A DNA stretch of 64,000 nt from Bacillales bacterium UBA4278 (GTDB lineage Bacteria; Bacillota_I; Bacilli_A; RFN20; CAG-826), in contig DGVS01000008.1 in the NCBI GenBank assembly GCA_002395065.1, positions 807 through 64,806 of the forward strand, in the 5' to 3' direction. The position numbers were made by a program, and so were the translations under genes. The notes under the pieces were generated by a model. It did no database searches, was not told where the DNA came from, and saw nothing but the letters and a program-made list of their open reading frames with translations. Shown here piece after piece: positions 57,177 through 64,000 of this stretch. The stretch's first letter is position 1. Each line of letters begins with the position of its first letter.

Positions 57177-58667
57177 TTATTTACCCGAATCTCTCATACA
57201 TGGGAAGAGAATAACTTCACGAATTGATTGTTGATTTGTCATTAACATGACAAGGCGGTCAATTCCGATTCCAATTCCACCAGTTGGTGGCATTCCGTAT
57301 TCGAGAGCTTCGAGGAAGTCTTCATCCATTTCGGAAGCTTCTTCATCTCCAAGTTTTTTCGCTTCAAGTTGTTTCTCAAAACGTTCTTTTTGATCAATTG
57401 GATCATTTAATTCGCTATAAGCATTTCCGTATTCGCAGCCACCAATAAATAGTTCAAATCGATCGGTGAAGAGCGGATTATCCTCACATTTTTTAGTGAG
57501 AGGAGAAACCTCAATTGGATAGCGGTACACGAAGGTTGGTTCTTGTAACAAATCATCACATTTTTGGTCAAAGAAAGCATTGATAATATGACCAACTGTA
57601 TTGAAGTGTTTTTCAAGTTTAACACCATGTTTTTTAGCGAGCTCAACAGCCTCTTCAAACGAGACTTTTTTATCGAAGTCTACACCAGTTGCTTCTTTAA
57701 CAACTTCAACCATAGTTTTCCAACCGAATGGTTTACCCAAATCAAGGGTTTTTTCACCATAAGGAATTGTGGTTGATCCAACAACTTTTAAAGCGACTTC
57801 TCTGAATAAATTCTCCGCAAATTCTCGCATATCTTGAAGATTTCCATATGCTTGGTAAAGTTCAATCGTGGTAAATTCTGGATTGTGTTTTGTATCCATC
57901 CCTTCATTGCGGAATAATCGCCCAATTTCATAGACTTTTTCCATGCCACCAACGATGCACTTTTTCAGGTTAATTTCTGTCGCAATTCTTAGATAAAAAT
58001 CTTTGTCTAAAGTATTGTGGTGAGTAATAAATGGACGAGCAGAAGCGCCGCCTAAAATTGGTGACAAAATACTTGTTTCAACTTCAACGAAACCAAGGCT
58101 ATCACAGTAGTTTTGAATAGCACGAATTACTTTTGGTCGAGCAAGAGCAATTTTCATCGAATCATCATTCATAATTAAATCGACGTAACGATGACGATAA
58201 CGCTCTTCAACATCTGTTAAACCATGGAATTTTTCTGGAAGTGGTCGGAGTGATTTGGTGAGATGTGTGTATTTTTCAACACGAACAGTTAACTCTCCAG
58301 TTCTTGTTAACATTACACGACCATAAACACCAACAATGTCTCCAAGATCGGCCAATTTAAAAACTGTATAAGCTTCTTCACCGACAACATCGATACCAAC
58401 ATAGCATTGAATATTGCCGGTAACATCTTTGATGTTCATAAAAGAAGCTTTTCCCATTTTGCGTAATGCCATAATACGTCCAGCTAATGTGACGTAAATT
58501 GGATTTGCTTCTAATTGTTCGTTGTCTTTTCCGGCGGCTTTTTCGCGAACCGATTTAATACTGTCACTACGAACAAATTTCTTTCCGTAAGGGTCAACTC
58601 CGAGTTCTTTATATCGTGCTAATTTATCTCTTCTAGCACGTTCTTGATCTGTTAATTTTTCTTCCAT
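57177..58667 (-). CDS. lysS: Lysine--tRNA ligase (class II)
   Basis: MEEKLTDQERARRDKL..., FRNEG, and the motif 3 region GGIGIGIDRLVM. ATG 58667 chosen. Confidence 0.96.
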   Translation of the reverse strand: MEEKLTDQERARRDKLARYKELGVDPYGKKFVRSDSIKSVREKAAGKDNEQLEANPIYVTLAGRIMALRKMGKASFMNIKDVTGNIQCYVGIDVVGEEAYTVFKLADLGDIVGVYGRVMLTRTGELTVRVEKYTHLTKSLRPLPEKFHGLTDVEERYRHRYVDLIMNDDSMKIALARPKVIRAIQNYCDSLGFVEVETSILSPILGGASARPFITHHNTLDKDFYLRIATEINLKKCIVGGMEKVYEIGRLFRNEGMDTKHNPEFTTIELYQAYGNLQDMREFAENLFREVALKVVGSTTIPYGEKTLDLGKPFGWKTMVEVVKEATGVDFDKKVSFEEAVELAKKHGVKLEKHFNTVGHIINAFFDQKCDDLLQEPTFVYRYPIEVSPLTKKCEDNPLFTDRFELFIGGCEYGNAYSELNDPIDQKERFEKQLEAKKLGDEEASEMDEDFLEALEYGMPPTGGIGIGIDRLVMLMTNQQSIREVILFPCMRDSGK

Positions 58668-58722
58668 TTTGAAAACCTCGCTATGACTATACCATAAAAG
58701 GACCATTGGAACAATGCGGAAT

Positions 58723-59688
58723 TTATCGATATTCGCTCAAGATGCGCATTAATGAGTCACGTGTTGTCAGTGTTTGAGCAAGTGCATTTTTAATCTTTTT
58801 TGTGTTTGGATAACCATCAAAAAACTTTGTCGCAATACCTCTTAGTAACATCATCGCTTTGTATTCGCCTTTTTCTTCAATTAACATATCAGCAAACTCC
58901 AAAAGATATGCGATATTTTCTTCAATCGTGGCGTCGGGTAATTTTTCTTCAGTTTCAAAATAATGATTAATTTGTTCAACCAATCTCGGATGACCAACCC
59001 CTCCACGAGCAATCATTACTGCTGTTGCTTTAGAAATATCAAGAAATTGCAGGGCATTTTCTAAGGTATAAATATCTCCTGAAATTATTAATGGAACACT
59101 CATTTTCGCCTGTAAATCCCTAATAATTTCATAATTTGCTTTTCCGGAATATCCTTGTTTTGCTGTTCTGGCATGAAGCCCAATAGCTTTAACTCCCGCT
59201 TTCTCTAAAGCGGCAATATTTTCCATAAAGTTTATCGATTTTTCATCCCAACCCAAACGGATTTTTGCCGTTACCGGAAGAGGAGAATAATCACAAATTT
59301 TCTTCATAAATTCATAAAGCTTTTTTGGTTCTTTTAACAAGGCCGAACCAGCTCCGGTTTTAGTAACTTTTGGAACAGGGCATCCGAGGTTTATATCAAT
59401 AAAATCAACATTTGAATTTTCTTTTAATACAACATCAATAGCTTTACAAATGTTCTCGGCGTTTCCACCGAATAATTGAATAGCGACTGGTTTTTCGTCT
59501 TCAGTGGTTTTTAAGTATTCAATCGTTTTATCGTTTCCATATATCAAACCACAATCAGAAACCATTTCAGTGACAGTCAAGCCGACACCGAACTTTTTCA
59601 TAAAATTTCTGTACGCCAAAGAAGTAATCCCGGCCATAGGTGCCAGAACAACTTTTGATTTAATTTCAACGTTACCTATTTTCCACAT
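58723..59688 (-). CDS. dusB: tRNA-dihydrouridine synthase
   Basis: LAPMAGIT, IDINLGCP, HARTA motifs. Confidence 0.93.
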   Translation of the reverse strand: MWKIGNVEIKSKVVLAPMAGITSLAYRNFMKKFGVGLTVTEMVSDCGLIYGNDKTIEYLKTTEDEKPVAIQLFGGNAENICKAIDVVLKENSNVDFIDINLGCPVPKVTKTGAGSALLKEPKKLYEFMKKICDYSPLPVTAKIRLGWDEKSINFMENIAALEKAGVKAIGLHARTAKQGYSGKANYEIIRDLQAKMSVPLIISGDIYTLENALQFLDISKATAVMIARGGVGHPRLVEQINHYFETEEKLPDATIEENIAYLLEFADMLIEEKGEYKAMMLLRGIATKFFDGYPNTKKIKNALAQTLTTRDSLMRILSEYR

Positions 59689-59715
59689 AATGAAAAGGGA
59701 GATATCTCTCCCTTA

Positions 59716-61752
59716 TTATTTTTCTTCAGGTTCCTTTACAGCTTTTGGCTCCGGTTCTTTTTTAACTTCGGCTATTGGCTCTTTAGCAACCTTTTCTTTT
59801 TTTGGTTCTTTCTTTTTCAAAGATCCTTCTTTTAGAAGAGAATCAATTTCTTCTGCGGTAATTGTTTCTTGTTCAAGAAGGGTTTCAGCTATCAAAATTA
59901 CATCTTTTTTATTATTTTCAATAATCTCAAGAGCTTTCTTATGAGCAGAATCAATAATCTTACGAACTTCTGTATCAATTTCAAAAGCTACTTGTGTTGA
60001 GAAGTTACGTTGGGTAGATGTGTAATCTCTTCCAAGGAAGACTGAACCAGTATCATGTTCATATTGGATTGGTCCAAGCGAACTCATTCCATACTCGGTG
60101 ACCATCATACGAGCAATACGTGTTGCAACTTCAATATCGTTTGATGCACCTGTGGAAACATCTTTAAAGAAGATCTCTTCAGATGAGCGTCCACCAAGAT
60201 AACCAATAATACGAGCTTCTAACTCAGCCTTGCTAAGTAAAAATCTATCGTCTTCTGGTGTCATTAAAACATGTCCACCTGTACGACCACGCGGAATAAT
60301 TGTGATCTTCTGAACTTTATCCGAATCCTTCAGTTTAAGACCGATAATCGCGTGTCCGGCTTCGTGATAAGCAATCTGCTTACGCTCTTTTTCATTAAGT
60401 CCTTTTGAAGACTTGGCTGGTCCAGCGATACGGCGATCAATAGCCTCATCAATTTCTTTGATGCTAATCATCGGTTTATTGCCACGAACAGCAAGAATTG
60501 CTGCTTCGTTCATAATGTTTTCAATATCGGCACCACTAAATCCAACAGTTCTCTTAGCAAGAGCTTCAAAATCAACTTTTGGATCAATGAGTTTATTACG
60601 AGAATGGACTTTGAAAATGGCTTCACGTCCTTTCTTATCTGGTAAATTAACGGTGATGGTTCTGTCAAAACGTCCCGCTCTTAATAGAGCTGGGTCAAGA
60701 ACATCATCACGGTTTGTCGCAGCAATAACGATGATTCCAGAGTTGTCTTCAAAACCATCCATTTCAACTAAAAGTTGATTCAATGTTTGTTCACGTTCGT
60801 CATTGCCTCCGCCTAAGCCTGCGCCACGTTGACGTCCAACAGCATCGATTTCATCGATGAAAACCAAACATGGAGCACACGATTTGGCCTTTCTAAACAT
60901 ATCTCTAACACGTCCAGCACCGACACCGACAAACATTTCGACAAAGTCGGAACCGGAAATTGAGAAGAATGGCACACCGGCTTCACCGGCAACCGCTTTT
61001 GCTAATAATGTTTTACCGGTACCAGGATTACCAACAAGAAGAATTCCTTTTGGAAGCTTGGCACCAAATTTAGTAAATTTCCCTGGTTCTTTTAGATATT
61101 CAACGATTTCCTGCATTTCTGCTTTTTCTTCGTCACATCCAGCAACGTCATCGAATCTTACTTTCGAATTCTCTACTTTTCTTGCACGAGAGCGTCCAAA
61201 ATCCATGGCCTTGTTGTTTGCGCCATTAACAGAGGATGAAAGTCGAGAGAACAAGAAAATCGCAATTAAGACTGTAAAGACCAATGTAATAATTGTTGGT
61301 CCCCATGAATCCCAGAACGAAACGTTAAAAGCATATTCGTCTCTAAAATAAGATTTTGATTTCTCGTTTGGGTGATCTCTTTGGAATTTTTCAACAGCTT
61401 TTTCAAGTTGTTCGCGAATCGTTGTTGGATCAATTGGTGTTTCACCATATTTATCAAATTCTGTATTAAAAGTCGCAGCATCACATGTAAATGTGAAAGT
61501 AATAGCATTATTGGATTCGTCATATCCAGTACCACTGACTTCATACATTGTTTCTTTGTTGTACACTTCAACAGTTTGAATGTTGTTTTTGTTGATTTGT
61601 TCATAAAGGTTGTTGCGATTCGAATCCCAACGAGTGGTTTTTGTTCCAGTTAAGGCAACAATCATCCACACAAAAGCTCCAATTGCAACAAGAATTAAGA
61701 TGTATGGGATGATGCTTCCAATACCTCTTCTTTGACGTTTTTCTTGATCCAT
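59716..61752 (-). CDS. ftsH: ATP-dependent zinc metalloprotease FtsH
   Basis: Walker [12 protein letters not shown] region [19 protein letters not shown], Zn motif HEAGHA, and a Lys/Glu/Pro-rich C-terminal tail. ATG 61752 (AGAGGTGA RBS) is preferred over GTG 61761. Confidence 0.96.
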   Translation of the reverse strand: MDQEKRQRRGIGSIIPYILILVAIGAFVWMIVALTGTKTTRWDSNRNNLYEQINKNNIQTVEVYNKETMYEVSGTGYDESNNAITFTFTCDAATFNTEFDKYGETPIDPTTIREQLEKAVEKFQRDHPNEKSKSYFRDEYAFNVSFWDSWGPTIITLVFTVLIAIFLFSRLSSSVNGANNKAMDFGRSRARKVENSKVRFDDVAGCDEEKAEMQEIVEYLKEPGKFTKFGAKLPKGILLVGNPGTGKTLLAKAVAGEAGVPFFSISGSDFVEMFVGVGAGRVRDMFRKAKSCAPCLVFIDEIDAVGRQRGAGLGGGNDEREQTLNQLLVEMDGFEDNSGIIVIAATNRDDVLDPALLRAGRFDRTITVNLPDKKGREAIFKVHSRNKLIDPKVDFEALAKRTVGFSGADIENIMNEAAILAVRGNKPMISIKEIDEAIDRRIAGPAKSSKGLNEKERKQIAYHEAGHAIIGLKLKDSDKVQKITIIPRGRTGGHVLMTPEDDRFLLSKAELEARIIGYLGGRSSEEIFFKDVSTGASNDIEVATRIARMMVTEYGMSSLGPIQYEHDTGSVFLGRDYTSTQRNFSTQVAFEIDTEVRKIIDSAHKKALEIIENNKKDVILIAETLLEQETITAEEIDSLLKEGSLKKKEPKKEKVAKEPIAEVKKEPEPKAVKEPEEK

Positions 61753-61833
61753 ACGTATCACCTCTTAATATTGAATAAATTCAAGTTCCGGTACAAAAAT
61801 AGTACCAAAACTATTTGTTTTGTAAATCTTTTT

Positions 61834-63048
61834 TTAAAATACAGGGTACTTGATTACAAGTTTTGATGAGTGATTATCTGTATATGTTTCCCTATAACGA
61901 GGAATATATACGAGCTTACCATTCTTATTATAAAATCCCGGCCACCAGCCTCGTAAAAATGATGGCATTTTCCAGTCGATAAACAGACGTCTAACGCTGC
62001 AGTTGTAGTTGGCAACGGTATACTTTTCTTGTCGCCCGACTGGTTTAATTGTTAAAGGAAAATCTGCAATCGACATATTTCTATCTTTGGTTTCAACTTC
62101 AAATTCAAAATCAATAAATTTAGATGAAAATTTTCCAGGATTTTTAATTACATATTCATACTTTTGAAACTGATCAAAATCAACCAATAAAACCTTTTCA
62201 TACGCTTTCACTAAATGGATACTTCCTGAAATTTTTTGAGCAATATTTGCGTGATTGCTTTCGAAAGATTTTTTGTAGGATTTAATCGAATTGACTGACA
62301 ACTTTTTAAAAATATTTCTTCGTTGTAAATTATTTGAAATTTGTAAGATTAAAATTTCGTTATTTTCTTTCAAAAACTCCTGTAAATCCCAAATATTTTG
62401 CTGCAAATTTGCGCTATTTTTATTTGGTTGATTTTTATTAAGTTCAGCAATTTGCTTCCTTACTTTTGCTCTTTCTTCGCGATCCATTTTCTCAACAATT
62501 TCGTGCCTATATTTATTGCGAGTATAAAGGTCGGTTAGGTTTGTCCAATCAATTGAATAAGGAACTTGATTCTTGATGTCATATTCTTCTAGTTCTTTCT
62601 TTGTAAAATTTAACAAAGGCCGAACAATTTTTACGCCAAATAATGTTGTTGTTTCTTCAATGCCAAAACTAGATACAAATGATTTCTTAGACTTTTGCAT
62701 CAGATATGTTTCGATAAGGTCGTCCTCCTGGTGGGCAACAGCGACCGCATCGCATTCGTTTTGTTCTAGAACATCTTTGAAAAATTGATAACGAACCTTA
62801 CGTGCCCATTCTTGGAAATTCCCAACATGTTTGATGCTTGATGTATCTAAAACAAAACATGGCACATCATTTTTATGACAATACTCTTTTAAAGACTGCT
62901 CTTCAAAATCAGATTCCTTTCGTTTGTGGTAATTTACATGTGCAACAACCACACAATATCCATCTTTTAACATCATATCTAAAAGAGCCATGGAATCTGG
63001 TCCAAAGGAACACGCAACAACATATTTCTTCTTTTTATCTAAATTCAT
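61834..63048 (-). CDS. tilS: tRNA(Ile)-lysidine synthase
   Basis: PP-loop ACSFGPDSMAL. Located between mfd and ftsH. The start overlaps the mfd stop. Confidence 0.9.
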   Translation of the reverse strand: MNLDKKKKYVVACSFGPDSMALLDMMLKDGYCVVVAHVNYHKRKESDFEEQSLKEYCHKNDVPCFVLDTSSIKHVGNFQEWARKVRYQFFKDVLEQNECDAVAVAHQEDDLIETYLMQKSKKSFVSSFGIEETTTLFGVKIVRPLLNFTKKELEEYDIKNQVPYSIDWTNLTDLYTRNKYRHEIVEKMDREERAKVRKQIAELNKNQPNKNSANLQQNIWDLQEFLKENNEILILQISNNLQRRNIFKKLSVNSIKSYKKSFESNHANIAQKISGSIHLVKAYEKVLLVDFDQFQKYEYVIKNPGKFSSKFIDFEFEVETKDRNMSIADFPLTIKPVGRQEKYTVANYNCSVRRLFIDWKMPSFLRGWWPGFYNKNGKLVYIPRYRETYTDNHSSKLVIKYPVF

Positions 63049-64000
63049 TACTCATTCACTTTCTTAGAAAACTTTTGATATAGTGTTCTAATCACAACCA
63101 CTATTGATTCTAAATCACGAATCCAATTGCCTTCTTTCTTTAGTCTGATCCTTAAAACTTTCTGCAAATATGTCACAACAATTTTATCCAAATATGGTTG
63201 TAAACTCTCAAAGAGAGCATTACCAATGCCCGATAATTCAGAAAATTTAGAAGACAAAACCAACTCGATACAATCATTATACTCATTTGTTTTCTCAAAC
63301 TCTTCTTCTCCTAGATATATATCAATCTTTCTTTTATCTATAAGATTCTCCACTTCTTTTGGAAGACGGCCATAAACATCACGAACGTGTCGCTTAATTT
63401 CTTTAATCTCTTCTTCATTTTTAGCATTTTCAATCTCTTGATAAAGTTGGATTCGGTCTTCGTTTGAAGCGTATTGTTCAGGAATGTATGCATCAATTTT
63501 AAATAATGTAACAGGCTTTGGTGGTTCAGGAACAACACCAGTTTTTTTCTCTTCAATAACTTCTTTAAGAAGTTTAAGATATAAATCAAGTCCCACCGAA
63601 TCAATAAATCCGGCTTGTTCAGGACCTAAAATATCTCCAGCACCACGAATCATTAAATCTCGTTGGGCAATCTTATAACCGCTGCCCAATTCAGCAAAGT
63701 CTTGGATTGCTTTTAATCGTTTTTCGGCATTTTTATTAATTTGTTTATATTCATTATAAAAAAGGTATGCATAGGCAAGAGTGTCTCCGCGCCCTACTCG
63801 ACCTTTAATTTGATAGAGTTGAGATAATCCGAAATGATCTGCATCTTCTACAATTATTAAATTTGCATTTGGCACATCGATTCCGTTTTCAATAATCGAT
63901 GTAGCAACCAAAACATCAATATCTCCATTATAAAATCGAATCATCACATCCTCGATGTCCTCTTTGTCCATCTGCCCGTGTACAACTCCAACACGAGCGT
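63048..64000 (-). CDS. mfd: Transcription-repair coupling factor, C-terminal ~317 codons (5' part off the window end)
   Basis: The frame stays open to the window edge (ARVGVVHGQMDKEDIEDVM...). Helicase motif VI QLYQIKGRVGRG and the TRG/C-terminal domain are present. Confidence 0.93.
   Translation of the reverse strand, partial: ARVGVVHGQMDKEDIEDVMIRFYNGDIDVLVATSIIENGIDVPNANLIIVEDADHFGLSQLYQIKGRVGRGDTLAYAYLFYNEYKQINKNAEKRLKAIQDFAELGSGYKIAQRDLMIRGAGDILGPEQAGFIDSVGLDLYLKLLKEVIEEKKTGVVPEPPKPVTLFKIDAYIPEQYASNEDRIQLYQEIENAKNEEEIKEIKRHVRDVYGRLPKEVENLIDKRKIDIYLGEEEFEKTNEYNDCIELVLSSKFSELSGIGNALFESLQPYLDKIVVTYLQKVLRIRLKKEGNWIRDLESIVVVIRTLYQKFSKKVNE

Noticed and set aside
60857-61351. 164-aa plus-strand ORF antisense to ftsH. 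Similar shadow ORFs occur at 59504..59944, 60413..60778, 20318..20680, 22185..22580, 1438..1755 and 56460..56708.
   Set aside because: All are fully embedded in strongly supported conserved genes on the opposite strand or in another frame. They have low-complexity Ser/Pro/Thr-rich translations and no RBS, which is typical of frame-shadow ORFs.

Overview
AT-rich (roughly one-third GC by eye, not computed), very gene-dense chromosomal segment. It reads cleanly with the standard bacterial code: TGA terminates ORFs and Trp is TGG. Gene content and local synteny (pcrA-ligA-gatCAB, tsaE-tsaB-rimI-tsaD, gdpP-rplI-dnaB, rpsF-ssb-rpsR, mfd-tilS-ftsH-dusB-lysS) indicate a low-GC Bacillota/Mycoplasmatota-type organism. 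This is inference only; an Acholeplasma/Anaeroplasma/Erysipelotrichia-like lineage is plausible but unproven. A class III RNR, a flavodiiron-rubredoxin protein and a flavodoxin suggest an anaerobic lifestyle. I call 61 CDS (2 truncated by the window edges, about 45 on the minus strand), one tmRNA, one TPP riboswitch, several intrinsic terminators and a few tentative promoter/operator sites. I saw no rRNA, tRNA, CRISPR array, transposase, integrase or phage genes. Most of the window is housekeeping. The accessory-looking parts are a Wzx/Wzy-type glycan locus (36.4-44.5 kb), a GtrB-like/GT-C pair (53.7-55.9 kb), four lipoproteins, and several unrecognised membrane proteins. The most interesting observation is the nrdD operon. 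NrdD carries a C-terminal CPxC redoxin domain and is followed by a thioredoxin-reductase homolog that has lost both NADPH-binding motifs, which suggests a self-contained ferredoxin/flavodoxin-driven reductant path for the anaerobic RNR. Second is a TPP riboswitch in front of a double-length ThiT fusion protein. All calls come from reading the sequence and ORF translations by eye. No database search, HMM or folding program was run.
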